This document shows, piece after piece, positions 47,836 through 58,382 of a stretch of 64,000 bases of DNA. Each line of letters starts with the position of its first letter. The first letter of the stretch is position 1. The DNA comes from Bacteroidota bacterium (GTDB lineage Bacteria; Bacteroidota; Bacteroidia; AKYH767-A; OLB10): NCBI GenBank assembly GCA_046302815.1, contig JBKCHO010000145.1:1979-65978 (forward strand), read 5' to 3'. Under the pieces are notes generated by a model. It worked only from the letters and a program-made list of their open reading frames with translations. It was not told the origin of the DNA and did not search any database. Made by a program: the position numbers and the translations under genes.

Positions 47836-49461
47836 ATGAAATTCAAAGCAACACCTCTACTTTTTGTCTTGTTCCTTTTTGCCATGGATCAATACGGCGT
47901 AGCACAATCGCCGTCGACTTATAAATTTGATGCGCTTCTTCAAATGATTCGCTTCGGCTATGTGGATACTGTAAACGAGGAGCAATTGACTGAAGAGGCC
48001 ATTCGTGCCGTTCTCAAAAAGCTGGATCCACACTCTGTCTACATCCCTGCAAAGGAATTGAAAGAAATGAACGAACCATTGGTTGGGAAATTCGAGGGTG
48101 TTGGAATCCAATTCAACATTTTCGAAGATACCATCATGGTCACCCAAACGATTGCAGGCGGACCGTCTGAGAAGCTAGGCGTGCGTGCAGGCGATCGCAT
48201 TGTGGAAATAGACGATGAAAAAGTAGCAGGAGTGAAATTCACCAACAATGATGTGATGAAGCGATTGCGTGGTGACAAGGGAACAAAAGTAAAGGTGGAA
48301 ATTCTACGAAGAGGCGAACCTGAGCTGCTAGAGTTCATGATTACTCGGGATAAAATTCCGATTTTCAGTGTGGATGCCGCTTACATGGCAGATCAGGAAA
48401 CAGGCTACATCAAAATAAGTCGCTTTGCGGATGCCACCGTAGAGGAATTCAAACAAGCTTTGAAAAAGCTTCAAGATAGCGGAATGAAAAACCTGATCCT
48501 GGACTTGTCTGGAAACGGTGGCGGATACTTGAATAGGGCGATAGAATTGGCTGATGAGTTTTTAGAAAAGGACAAGCTCATTGTTTACACCGAAGGATTA
48601 AACAGCCCGAAACAGTCTTTTTCGTCGAGCGAAACCGGTGGTTTCGAAAAAGGAAAGCTTGTGGTCATCATTGATGAGACATCTGCATCTGCGAGCGAAA
48701 TCGTATCAGGAGCTGTGCAGGACCACGACAGGGGACTAATTATCGGAAGAAGGTCGTTTGCAAAAGGCCTTGTGCAAAAACCAATGCCTCTTCCTGATGG
48801 ATCTGCCATAAGACTTACCACGGCAAGATACCACACGCCATCCGGAAGATGTATACAGAAGCCTTATGAAAAGGGCGATGAATATGATGAGGATATCTCC
48901 AATCGATTCAAGAATGGCGAATTGTATTCGGCCGACAGTATCAAGTTCAACGATTCGCTGATGTATAAAACCACAGGAGGCCGCAAGGTATTTGGTGGTG
49001 GTGGGGTGATGCCAGACATCTTCGTGCCATTGGATACGGCCTACAACAGCAAATACCTTTCTGATCTGCAACGCAAATCCGTTTTATTCGAATTCGCATT
49101 GAGCTATACAGACAGAAACCGTGATATGTTGAATTCGAGGTATCCGAACATTGGAGTTTATAAGAAAGACTTTCAGGTGGATGAGGACTTAATGAATGAG
49201 TTGGTAGCGTTCGGCGAGAAGAAAGGTGTACCCTTGGATTCCGCTGGTTATGCAACCTCAAAACCGCTTATGAAAGTGCAACTTCGTGCCCTCATTGCCA
49301 GAGATCTTTGGAACATTGAATCCTATTGGCAAATCATCAACGACAAGAATGATTTTTTCCGAATGGCGATGAAGTGCATGTATGATGAAACCTTTGTCAA
49401 AAACGGCATAGGTGTAGTTGACACATCCAAGAAGACCAAGCCGTCAAAGGGTAAGAAATAG
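47836..49461 (+). CDS. ctpA: S41 C-terminal processing peptidase with PDZ domain
   Basis: LDPHSVY, FEGVGI, ILDLSGNGGG, SASASEIV, SFAKGLVQ, TTARYHTPSGRCIQ, GGGVMPD. Confidence 0.93.
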   Translation: MKFKATPLLFVLFLFAMDQYGVAQSPSTYKFDALLQMIRFGYVDTVNEEQLTEEAIRAVLKKLDPHSVYIPAKELKEMNEPLVGKFEGVGIQFNIFEDTIMVTQTIAGGPSEKLGVRAGDRIVEIDDEKVAGVKFTNNDVMKRLRGDKGTKVKVEILRRGEPELLEFMITRDKIPIFSVDAAYMADQETGYIKISRFADATVEEFKQALKKLQDSGMKNLILDLSGNGGGYLNRAIELADEFLEKDKLIVYTEGLNSPKQSFSSSETGGFEKGKLVVIIDETSASASEIVSGAVQDHDRGLIIGRRSFAKGLVQKPMPLPDGSAIRLTTARYHTPSGRCIQKPYEKGDEYDEDISNRFKNGELYSADSIKFNDSLMYKTTGGRKVFGGGGVMPDIFVPLDTAYNSKYLSDLQRKSVLFEFALSYTDRNRDMLNSRYPNIGVYKKDFQVDEDLMNELVAFGEKKGVPLDSAGYATSKPLMKVQLRALIARDLWNIESYWQIINDKNDFFRMAMKCMYDETFVKNGIGVVDTSKKTKPSKGKK

Positions 49462-50052
49462 CCATTCCAAAACAAAGCCCAGAGTAAATCCAGCATAAAC
49501 CTGGAGTGGATTGTGAGCGCCTAATAATATCCTTGCATTACCCAACATGCCGGAAATAAGTATGGCATAGATGATAGGCGCAGATAGTCCTGCGTCTAAT
49601 CGTATGGAAAGTCCTGTCAGCAAGCCTGCCAAACCTCCAATTCCCACCATGTGGATGCTGATTTTCCATTTGAAATTAATGAGCCAAGCGGTAAGTATAG
49701 CTAATGCGGCACCCAGTACCATGTTGGCTAGTAATACCGGAATGGGAAGTTGCTTCAATAAATAATATCCCATCAGGTAATATGCTGCTGTTGCAACAAA
49801 CGGCAATTGTCTCTCTCGACTCGACTCCATCTCCAAGCTTTGAATGGATCCCCGTTGCAGTAGAAAAACGGCCGTGATTATGGGCAGCGCAGCTGTTGTA
49901 ATAAATACCACAGATAGTACAACTTGCTGAACATGTCCGGAAATACTGAATGCCAAATAGGTATTCAGATTGAGCACCAGCATCACCGCATAAAAAGGCA
50001 TGAATAGCGGATGCAGCACATAAGAGAGCAATCGCGCTAAATGCAAAAACAT
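49444..50052 (-). CDS. Integral membrane protein with partial PAP2-like motifs
   Basis: About 6 TM helices, SYVLHPL, KISIH, ARILLGAH (R-x5-H); downstream of rpoN. Confidence 0.7.
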   Translation of the reverse strand: MFLHLARLLSYVLHPLFMPFYAVMLVLNLNTYLAFSISGHVQQVVLSVVFITTAALPIITAVFLLQRGSIQSLEMESSRERQLPFVATAAYYLMGYYLLKQLPIPVLLANMVLGAALAILTAWLINFKWKISIHMVGIGGLAGLLTGLSIRLDAGLSAPIIYAILISGMLGNARILLGAHNPLQVYAGFTLGFVLEWLFLTL

Positions 50053-50154
50053 TTGGTTCTGTTTTAAAATTGTATGAAGGGTGGCTTTGTAAAGCTAAAT
50101 GTTTACTGTCAAATCGATTGATGTGATTTCTCGAAGTAAAACAAGATGAAACCA

Positions 50155-51627
50155 CTAGAGTTCTTTGCGTAGTCTCGCGACGGGAATACCTAATTGCTCA
50201 CGATACTTGGCAACAGTCCGACGAGCGATATTATATCCTTTTTGATTCAGAATTTCCATGAGTTTCTCGTCGGGTAGCGGCTTCCTTTTGTCTTCCGCGC
50301 CGATGGCATCAGAAAGAATCTTCTTCACTTCACGGCTTGAAACCTCCTCACCAGAATCAGTTGACAAAGCCTCGGAGAAAAATGTCTTGAGCAAGAAAGT
50401 ACCAAATGGCGTTTGAACATACTTGCTATTGGCGACCCGAGAAACAGTGGATATATCCAGTTGCACGATTTCAGCAATGTCTTTAAGAATCATGGGCCGA
50501 AGTTTCTTCTCATCTCCCTCGGAAAAATAATCCTTTTGATAGTTCATGATCGCATCCATTGTACGGATGAGAGTAATCTGGCGTTGTCGGATAGCATCTA
50601 TGAACCATTTGGCTGCATCGAGTTTCTGCTTTACAAACGCAACGGCTTCTCGACCAGCTCTGCTGTTGCTCTCCTTGCTGTATTCTGCCAGCATCTTGGT
50701 GTATTGCCGGCTGATACGCAAGTCAGGCGCGTTTCGTGAATTCAAGGATAGCTCCAAGACTCCATCATTGTTGTTGATTATGAAGTCTGGTATGATGTGT
50801 TGTGAAGAGCGACTGTCATCTGCAAAGCTACCTCCAGGCCTTGGATTCAAATGCAGTATTTCCGATATCGCGTCACGGAGATGTTCGTCATCCAGCTCCA
50901 TGGCTTTCTCAATTTTATCATAATGCTTCTTGGAAAACTCATCCATGTATTGATCGAGAATGGCCATGGCATTTCGAACCGACTCTTTGCGAGGATCCTT
51001 ACGGACGAGTTGCAACATTAGGCATTCCCTTAAGTCGCGAGCACCTATACCAGCTGGGTCAAAAGTCTGAATGACATGTAAAACCTCCTCTACCTCCTCC
51101 GCTTTGGCTTCGACACCTTGTGAAAAAGCCAGGTCATCGCAAAGCGACGAAAGGTCACGACGCAAATACCCATCCTCATCCAAACTACCAATCAAATGTG
51201 TTGCTATCAGATACTGCTTGTCATCGAAATCGCAAAGTCCAAGCTGCGAAAGCAAAATCTCTTGGGATGAATTTCCGGACACGATTGGGATTTCGGTGCG
51301 TTCTTCATCAGGTCCGGAATTATTCGATTTTGTCTTATAATCGGGCTCGTCATCTTGAATATAGTCAGAGATATCGAAATCGTCGCGCTCCTCACCACCA
51401 CCATCCTGATCATCCATTGAGTTATCACTTGCTTCCAAATCTTCGTCTCTTTCATCACCTTCATCCTGATCATCCTGCGGACCCTCTTCCAACGCAGGAT
51501 TGATCTCCAATTCTTCTTTGATTCGTTGCTCCAGAGCCATAGTAGGCACCTGCAATAGCTTCATAAGTTGAATCTGTTGGGGAGACAACTTTTGTAAAAG
51601 CTTTTGCTGGAGGGATTGCTTGAGCAC
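50155..51627 (-). CDS. rpoN: RNA polymerase sigma-54 factor
   Basis: Gln/Leu-rich region I, EINPALE, DPAGIGARDL, ISTVSRV, RpoN box ARRTVAKYRE. Confidence 0.98.
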   Translation of the reverse strand: MLKQSLQQKLLQKLSPQQIQLMKLLQVPTMALEQRIKEELEINPALEEGPQDDQDEGDERDEDLEASDNSMDDQDGGGEERDDFDISDYIQDDEPDYKTKSNNSGPDEERTEIPIVSGNSSQEILLSQLGLCDFDDKQYLIATHLIGSLDEDGYLRRDLSSLCDDLAFSQGVEAKAEEVEEVLHVIQTFDPAGIGARDLRECLMLQLVRKDPRKESVRNAMAILDQYMDEFSKKHYDKIEKAMELDDEHLRDAISEILHLNPRPGGSFADDSRSSQHIIPDFIINNNDGVLELSLNSRNAPDLRISRQYTKMLAEYSKESNSRAGREAVAFVKQKLDAAKWFIDAIRQRQITLIRTMDAIMNYQKDYFSEGDEKKLRPMILKDIAEIVQLDISTVSRVANSKYVQTPFGTFLLKTFFSEALSTDSGEEVSSREVKKILSDAIGAEDKRKPLPDEKLMEILNQKGYNIARRTVAKYREQLGIPVARLRKEL

Positions 51628-51754
51628 TATTTTATGCGATTGAAGGGGTTGGCGACATAGAAAGCTGCAAACTAAAAGTCGGTCTTCTGCTGGTTACAAT
51701 ATTGCCATGATTATCTCTGAGAAACGAGTTGTTGGAAGAAAATCCGGATCCAAA

Positions 51755-53143
51755 TCAAAACTCAGCATTCAATGGGGTTCGAGGGAAAGGTATGACATCT
51801 CTGATATTTCCCATGCCAGTGATGAATAGAATGAGCCTTTCAAAACCCAAACCGAAGCCCGCATGTGGAACCGTTCCGAATTTTCTTGTCTCCAAATACC
51901 ACCATAGGCTTTGTTCGTGAATACCCATTTCATGTATTCGCGTACGCAACTTATCATAGTCCTCTTCACGCTGTGATCCTCCAACAATTTCGCCAATGCC
52001 TGGGAACAAAACATCCATTGCCCGAACCGTCTTGCCGTCATCGTTTTGTTTCATGTAAAACGCTTTGATGTGCTTTGGATAGTCGAAAAGGATTACCGGT
52101 TTTTGGAAATGCTTTTCAACCAAATATCGTTCGTGCTCAGACTGCAGATCCGTACCCCATTCAACTTTGTACTCGAATTTTTGCCCGGAGTTTTTCAATA
52201 TCTCAACGGCCTCGGTATAGGGAAGTCTGACAAAGTCGTTTTCAGTTACACTCTTCAACCTTTGTATCAAACCCTCATCATACATTTTATTTAGGAACTC
52301 CAAGTCATCTTTACAATGCTCAAGGGCATAATGAACCAGGTACTTCAACATGTCCTCCACGAGATCCATGTTGTCGGCCAATTCGTAAAATGCCATTTCG
52401 GGTTCAATCATCCAGAACTCCGCCAAATGACGCGCTGTATTCGAATTCTCAGCACGGAAGGTGGGACCGAAGGTATAAATCAGTCCTAGGGCCAAGGCTC
52501 CAAGTTCACCCTCCAATTGACCACTTACGGTCAGGTTGGTTTCTCTTCCGAAAAAATCCTGGCTGTAATCAATGGATCCATCTTCTTTTCTTGGTGGCTG
52601 GTTTGCATCGAGTGTAGTTACTCGGAACATGGCTCCAGCACCTTCAGCATCGGATCCTGTTATGATAGGAGTATGCAAATAGTAAAAGCCGCGATCGTTA
52701 AAATATTTGTGGATGGCAAAGGCCATTGCATGTCGTATTCTGAACACAGCCCCAAAGGTGTTGGTGCGGGGACGCAAGTGTGCTATTTCGCGCAAAAACT
52801 CAAGGGAGTGTCCTTTCTTTTGTAGCGGGTAGGTTTCCGGGTCGGCCTCACCGTAAATATGAATGCTGGTGGCTTGCACCTCCACAGGCTGTCCCGACCC
52901 TTGCGATGGCACCAGTTTGCCTTCTATGGAAACAGCACATCCCGTTTGTATCCGCTTGATTAACGATTCATCAAATGCGTTCGGGTCGGCAACCACTTGG
53001 ATGTTGTGGATGGTGCTGCCATCGTTGATGGCAATGAATACGACATTCTTATTTCCACGACGCGTGCGAACCCATCCTTTGACACAAACAGGTTGATCAG
53101 AGGGTGTTGATGACAAAAGCTGCTTGACAGGTTGATGTTTCAT
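51755..53143 (-). CDS. asnS: Asparagine--tRNA ligase
   Basis: [58 protein letters not shown]. Confidence 0.98.
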   Translation of the reverse strand: MKHQPVKQLLSSTPSDQPVCVKGWVRTRRGNKNVVFIAINDGSTIHNIQVVADPNAFDESLIKRIQTGCAVSIEGKLVPSQGSGQPVEVQATSIHIYGEADPETYPLQKKGHSLEFLREIAHLRPRTNTFGAVFRIRHAMAFAIHKYFNDRGFYYLHTPIITGSDAEGAGAMFRVTTLDANQPPRKEDGSIDYSQDFFGRETNLTVSGQLEGELGALALGLIYTFGPTFRAENSNTARHLAEFWMIEPEMAFYELADNMDLVEDMLKYLVHYALEHCKDDLEFLNKMYDEGLIQRLKSVTENDFVRLPYTEAVEILKNSGQKFEYKVEWGTDLQSEHERYLVEKHFQKPVILFDYPKHIKAFYMKQNDDGKTVRAMDVLFPGIGEIVGGSQREEDYDKLRTRIHEMGIHEQSLWWYLETRKFGTVPHAGFGLGFERLILFITGMGNIRDVIPFPRTPLNAEF

Positions 53144-53202
53144 CTTAAAAATTCAAGTTTCAAGATACAAAAATCGGCTTTTTGGTCGAAGAAGGCAATA
53201 GT

Positions 53203-53240
53203 CAAAAACAAAGGAGGCTGCCTAAATAGGCAGCCTCCTT
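53203..53240 (-). terminator. Intrinsic terminator after the Omp28-family gene
   Basis: AAGGAGGCTGCCTA-AA-TAGGCAGCCTCCTT hairpin (53211-53240) followed by TGTTTTTG on the minus strand. Confidence 0.88.
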
Positions 53241-53260
53241 AAAAGGTTTTGGTAGTGAAA

Positions 53261-55057
53261 TTATTTGCCTACCGAGAACTTGCGAGTTACAACACTGTTT
53301 CCGGCTTGGATTTCCATGAAATACATTCCGTTTGAAAGGTTGGTTACATCAACAGTTTGATTGTAAGTACGGGCTGCAGCCAACTTTCCAAGATTTTGCT
53401 TGATGACAGACTGACCGTAAGCGTTGAGGATGTTTACTGACACATTCTCATCAGATGAGAGTTGGAATTGCACGGTAGCAGAATTTCCAACTGGATTTGG
53501 GAAGATGCTCAATGATGACTCCAACGAAGCATCGTTGATTCCCAAAGAGGTATTTCCATAGAAATTGCGTGCAGCGATAGAGCTGTAAGTGCCGTTATTG
53601 AAGTATACTGTGTTGTTGTTTCCATCAAGGATGGTAACATTACCGGCACCATATCCAGCATTGATTCCATCACCATAGGAATCATAAATGGCGAAACGGT
53701 AGCAACCAGATGCAGGCAAGGTTATTTGGTGTGTGTTCAATTGGGTGCCATTTGCAGCCAACTGAGTATATGGACCACCAGCTGCGATTTGAGTACCACC
53801 AGCGTTAAAGAACTTCCAAGTGATTTCATCACCATAACGGTCCTGAAGTACATTGAGGGTCAGGTTGAGCGTTTGGCTAGCGGAAGTGGTAGCATTAAAT
53901 GGAGTAGAGTTCGAGTTGTTGGAAGGATCATCGTCGTTTCCGCCGTTTACGGAACTAACCGTTACATTAAGCGTGTTTGAAGGATTCAATGGGAAACCAA
54001 CAATTGCAGGCAGCGTGATAGTTTGTGTTCCAAGTGGGCCGATAGAACCGTTGAAGAAATAGTTCCAATTCGTTCCACCATTCACATTGTAATTAATAAC
54101 TGCAGAATTGATGGTGGCACTGCCCATATTCTTAAGCTGAATAACAGGAGCGAAGTTTGCATCACACAAATCATCAGGTTGGGTAACGGAAACAAGGTTT
54201 GCGTTGTTAACGGTTGTTAAACCTGTGTAGCTGATAGGAACCTTTGCAACATTAATGATGTTGGTGACTCCCTCAGCAACAAAAGCAACGATTTCCAAGT
54301 TGGAAACATCAACAGGGATGGTTCCTATGGTTGCGGGGATGGTATAATTGTAGGTGCGCTGAACCAATGTTCCTTGAGTGGTGGTGGTGATGTCTTCTCC
54401 TGTTGCTCCAGTTGTAATAACATCACGCAAAGCTTTCATGTGCCTGTAGCTTCCATCAGGATTAACCATGGTAGGATTGAATTGAGCAGCTCCAGTTTGA
54501 GGGCCATTGATGTTGTTTTGGAGCAACATAACGGTCAATTTGTTTGTAGCAGCAGGGCTATTGGCAGTGTAGAAAGCCTCGACATTGATGGTAAGCTGGT
54601 TGGTAGCAGCATTCAATTCTGCTTGTCCAGCCACATTAACATATGCAGACTGAGCTAAAACGGCATTCACCGCAGCGGTCCACGCGCTTCTGCTCATTGC
54701 CAAAGCTGTTGCAGTGGTTGGATATGCTTTTCTATTCACAGCACCTTGAGGATAGCCGGTAATTCCCATTCCGGATATAGTAGCAATAGCGTTTCCGTCG
54801 GGAGTGCGGAAATCAGGCTGGCCTGCAGATGGGGTAGCGAAACTTCCTTGGTGGATGTTTACGGCAAATGCTCTGCCTGGATTGGCAGCAACAATTTGTG
54901 CTGCGATTTTGTGACCGTCTGGACAGTAAACGCAGTTAACACCAGTGAATTCCTCGATTATGGCATTCTTGAGAGCGGGCTGCTGGCTCACAGGCAGCTG
55001 AGCATAGGCTCCAAAAGATGCAAGAGCCAACGCGGAAAGAGTAAACAGTTTTTTCAT
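53261..55057 (-). CDS. Omp28-related protein (thioredoxin-like CxxC) with Ig-like domains and T9SS type A CTD
   Basis: Signal peptide, IEEFTGVNCVYCPDG, GYPQGAVNR, H...LR, IVAFV; C-terminal IFPNP...LSNGMYFMEI..RKF. Confidence 0.88.
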   Translation of the reverse strand: MKKLFTLSALALASFGAYAQLPVSQQPALKNAIIEEFTGVNCVYCPDGHKIAAQIVAANPGRAFAVNIHQGSFATPSAGQPDFRTPDGNAIATISGMGITGYPQGAVNRKAYPTTATALAMSRSAWTAAVNAVLAQSAYVNVAGQAELNAATNQLTINVEAFYTANSPAATNKLTVMLLQNNINGPQTGAAQFNPTMVNPDGSYRHMKALRDVITTGATGEDITTTTQGTLVQRTYNYTIPATIGTIPVDVSNLEIVAFVAEGVTNIINVAKVPISYTGLTTVNNANLVSVTQPDDLCDANFAPVIQLKNMGSATINSAVINYNVNGGTNWNYFFNGSIGPLGTQTITLPAIVGFPLNPSNTLNVTVSSVNGGNDDDPSNNSNSTPFNATTSASQTLNLTLNVLQDRYGDEITWKFFNAGGTQIAAGGPYTQLAANGTQLNTHQITLPASGCYRFAIYDSYGDGINAGYGAGNVTILDGNNNTVYFNNGTYSSIAARNFYGNTSLGINDASLESSLSIFPNPVGNSATVQFQLSSDENVSVNILNAYGQSVIKQNLGKLAAARTYNQTVDVTNLSNGMYFMEIQAGNSVVTRKFSVGK

Positions 55058-55336
55058 GTGATGGATTGGGTTTATTGATTTCTAATAAAATATTTTGATT
55101 TTTCAGAAGAATACAAACATAGTGAAAACCTAATGAACAAATAATCATAATGTGAAAATTGCGGCCAGCGATATCAAAAAAGAGCTACTTAACTCATTTC
55201 CTGACACTTAACATCGCTCACCAAAGAAAGAAAAACAAAAGTTGCAATTCCGTGATAATGCAATAATCGGTACTACCAGAAAATTTGGGTATCTTTACAA
55301 TTGATAAATTAATTGATAATCTTTATTTTGTTGATT

Positions 55337-56035
55337 ATGAAAAAAGTATACGCTCTATTATTGTTGATTACATTGATTCAAGGCACCGGCTTTGCACAAA
55401 GCTTTTCTGTTAGCAACGCCTACATCAGCGGCGACCCTGCATTTTTGCTTCAAGGGCATGCCACCATTAACAACAACAGTGGTTCCGCCAAAGATGTAGC
55501 AGTACTTAGGACGGTAAACAATTTATATCCAGGACATATCGGGTTTTTCTGTTGGTTTCAATGCTACCCTCCCAACATTAGCAATTCACCCGATTACATC
55601 AACATTCCCTCGGGAGGAAACATTAACTTATTCCAAGCCGATGTTGAAACCAGCGGAATAAATGGTGTATCGTACAATACATATTGTTTTTATGATATAA
55701 ACAACCCCTCCGATTCTGCATGTGTTGACTTTGTCTTTGATGCCACCACAGGGATTTCTGAAGCTGTTGGTAACCGCAACTATATTTCGAAGCCTTATCC
55801 TAACCCATCTTCTGAAAATGCCTCCTTTTATATCAGCACTTTGAAAGGTGTAAAAGCTCGTTTGAAATTATTTAATATGTTAGGAACCGAGGTCAAAGAT
55901 GTTGCCATTGCGGATAACAACAAATCATCCGTAAAAATCAATGTGTCTGATTTGAAATCGGGTGTGTATTTCTACTCCTTGTTTGTAAATGGCAAGAGCG
56001 CTTACACCGGAAAGATGCTGGTGAACGGCAACTGA
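55337..56035 (+). CDS. Small T9SS type A cargo protein with CWxxCY motif
   Basis: MKK signal peptide (ATG 55337), FFCWFQCY, C-terminal YPNP...LFNMLG.EV...LKSGVYFYSL..K. Confidence 0.85.
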   Translation: MKKVYALLLLITLIQGTGFAQSFSVSNAYISGDPAFLLQGHATINNNSGSAKDVAVLRTVNNLYPGHIGFFCWFQCYPPNISNSPDYINIPSGGNINLFQADVETSGINGVSYNTYCFYDINNPSDSACVDFVFDATTGISEAVGNRNYISKPYPNPSSENASFYISTLKGVKARLKLFNMLGTEVKDVAIADNNKSSVKINVSDLKSGVYFYSLFVNGKSAYTGKMLVNGN

Positions 56036-56118
56036 GATTTCTTCAACTGATTATTCAACTTAACTGATACCCTTTTGTAACAAGGGCTAAAATAACTTGT
56101 CTTTTACTTTTCAAGCAT

Positions 56119-58380
56119 ATGAATAAAAAACAGGACGCGCTAGACTACCATTCACAAGGACGACCAGGTAAGATTGAAGTGGTACCTACCAAACCATATT
56201 CGTCGCAGCGGGATCTTTCTCTAGCATACTCCCCCGGCGTGGCAGAACCTTGTCTTCGAATCAATGAAAACGAAGATGATGTGTATAAATACACTGCCAA
56301 GGGAAACTTGGTGGCTGTCATTTCAAACGGAACTGCCGTACTTGGCCTAGGTAATATTGGACCTAATGCATCCAAACCTGTAATGGAGGGCAAAGGATTG
56401 CTTTTCAAGATTTTCGCAGACATTGATGTATTTGACATTGAGGTAGATAAATCCGATGTAGATGGTTTCGTTGAAACTGTAAAAGCCATTGCACCCACAT
56501 TCGGAGGGATCAATCTCGAGGATATAAAAGCCCCTGAGTGCTTCGAAATCGAACGGAGGTTGAAGGAGGAGCTTTCTATTCCCATCATGCATGATGACCA
56601 GCATGGTACCGCAATTATTTCCGGCGCTGCTTTGATAAATGCCCTTGAAATTGCAGGAAAGAAAATTGAAGCTGTGCGCATAGTAGTGAACGGAGCCGGA
56701 GCCTCTGCGATTTCCTGCACAAAGCTTTTCGTTTCATTGGGAGCTCGCTTAGAAAATATTGTCATGTTGGATAGCAACGGGGTCATCCGTGCTGACAGAG
56801 AAAGCCTAGATGAACAGAAAGGAATTTTCGCCACCAAAAAGGATATACACACCTTAGAGGAGGCTATGCTTGGTTCAGATGTATTTATCGGCTTGTCCAA
56901 GGGAAATATCCTCAAGGCTTCACATTTGAAATCGATGGCTGACAATCCTATTGTGTTTGCCATGGCCAATCCAGATCCGGAAATAACCTATGAAGATGCA
57001 CATGCCTCGCGCAATGATATCATATTGGCCACTGGCAGATCGGATTATCCCAACCAAGTGAACAATGTGATAGGGTTTCCCTTCATTTTCAGAGGCGCCT
57101 TGGATGTTCGAGCGAAGCAGATCAATGAAGAAATGAAATTGGCAGCCGTCAGGGCCATTGCCAATCTTGCCAAAGAGCCAGTTCCTGAAATCGTCAATCT
57201 TGCTTATAACAAAACAAACATTCAATTCGGCCGAGATTATATCATACCGAAGCCATTGGATCCACGATTGATTACCACGGTTGCTCCCGCGGTTGCAAAA
57301 GCTGCTATAGATTCCGGAGTGGCCCGAATGCCCATCATTAATTGGGAAGCATACGAAGAGGAGTTGAGCAAGCGACTCGGTCACGATAACAAGATCACAA
57401 GGATCATCACCAACAAGGCTCGTCAAAACCCCAAGCGAGTTGTTTTTGCGGAAGCCGATAACTACAAGATTCTGAAGGCGGCCCAAATTGTCAGGGATGA
57501 GGGAGTGGCTCACCCCATACTACTTGGGAATAAGGATAGAATCAATTCCATCATACAGGAGCATGGTCTCGACTTGAGCGATATCACCATCATCGATCCT
57601 AGAAAAGACCAGGACAACATCGACCATTTCGGTGATTTATTTTTTCAAAAGCGGGCTCGTAGCGGCTTCAACACCTACGAGGCTCGTAAGATCATGCGTG
57701 AAAGAAATTACTACGGTGCCATGATGGTTGAAACCGGTCAGGCCGATGTATTGATATCGGGACTTACTCGAAAGTATGCCGACATCCTGAAACCCGCATT
57801 GTACATCATCGGAACCTCCGATCATGTTAGACATGTTGCCGGTATGTATATCATGATAACCAAAAAGGGGCCCATTTTCTTTGCGGATACAACTATCAAT
57901 GTGAATCCCACCACGGAGGAGTTGGTAGAAATCACTTTGCTTACGGCGGAGGCGGTAAAGAAATTCAACCTAAAGCCTCGGATTGCAATGGTTTCATTTT
58001 CAAACTTTGGTTCTTCAAAAGATCCACAAGCCAAAAAAGTGAGAGAAGCCGTGCGAATATTGCATGAAAAACATCCTGATTTGATCGTAGATGGAGAAAT
58101 CCAGGCCAACTTCGCATTCAATACGCAGCTATTGGCAGATAACTTCCCCTTCAGCATGCTTGCCAAGGAGGGTGCTAATACCTTGATTTTTCCAAACTTG
58201 GATGCTGGAAACATCGCATACAAACTCTTGCAGGAAACTGCTGATGCAGAAGCGATTGGACCTGTTTTGCTGGGCTTGAAGAAGCCCGTTCACATTCTTC
58301 AATTGGGTAGCTCGGTGAGGGAGATTGTGAACATGGTTACCATTGCCGTAGTCGATGCTCAAACCAAAAGTGATTCGTAA
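56119..58380 (+). CDS. maeB: NADP-dependent malic enzyme with PTA-like domain
   Basis: LSLAYSPGVA, GTAVLGLG, KPVMEGK, INLEDI, HDDQHGTA, GAGAS, ANPDPE, TGRSDYPNQVNN, C-terminal PTA domain. Confidence 0.97.
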   Translation: MNKKQDALDYHSQGRPGKIEVVPTKPYSSQRDLSLAYSPGVAEPCLRINENEDDVYKYTAKGNLVAVISNGTAVLGLGNIGPNASKPVMEGKGLLFKIFADIDVFDIEVDKSDVDGFVETVKAIAPTFGGINLEDIKAPECFEIERRLKEELSIPIMHDDQHGTAIISGAALINALEIAGKKIEAVRIVVNGAGASAISCTKLFVSLGARLENIVMLDSNGVIRADRESLDEQKGIFATKKDIHTLEEAMLGSDVFIGLSKGNILKASHLKSMADNPIVFAMANPDPEITYEDAHASRNDIILATGRSDYPNQVNNVIGFPFIFRGALDVRAKQINEEMKLAAVRAIANLAKEPVPEIVNLAYNKTNIQFGRDYIIPKPLDPRLITTVAPAVAKAAIDSGVARMPIINWEAYEEELSKRLGHDNKITRIITNKARQNPKRVVFAEADNYKILKAAQIVRDEGVAHPILLGNKDRINSIIQEHGLDLSDITIIDPRKDQDNIDHFGDLFFQKRARSGFNTYEARKIMRERNYYGAMMVETGQADVLISGLTRKYADILKPALYIIGTSDHVRHVAGMYIMITKKGPIFFADTTINVNPTTEELVEITLLTAEAVKKFNLKPRIAMVSFSNFGSSKDPQAKKVREAVRILHEKHPDLIVDGEIQANFAFNTQLLADNFPFSMLAKEGANTLIFPNLDAGNIAYKLLQETADAEAIGPVLLGLKKPVHILQLGSSVREIVNMVTIAVVDAQTKSDS

Positions 58381-58382
58381 TC

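Noticed and set aside
51725-53925. 14-bp exact repeat CGAGTTGTTGGAAG at 51725 and 53912
   Set aside because: Several 14-mer matches are expected by chance in 64 kb; one copy is coding, and no mobile element is bracketed.
50053-55336. Searched intergenic regions near rpoN for sigma-54 -24/-12 promoters (GG-N10-GC)
   Set aside because: The candidates I checked, such as TGGCCGCAATTTTCAC, lack a correctly spaced GC.
56145-57513. Long minus-strand ORFs (274 aa and 197 aa)
   Set aside because: Antisense shadows of maeB with no independent motifs.
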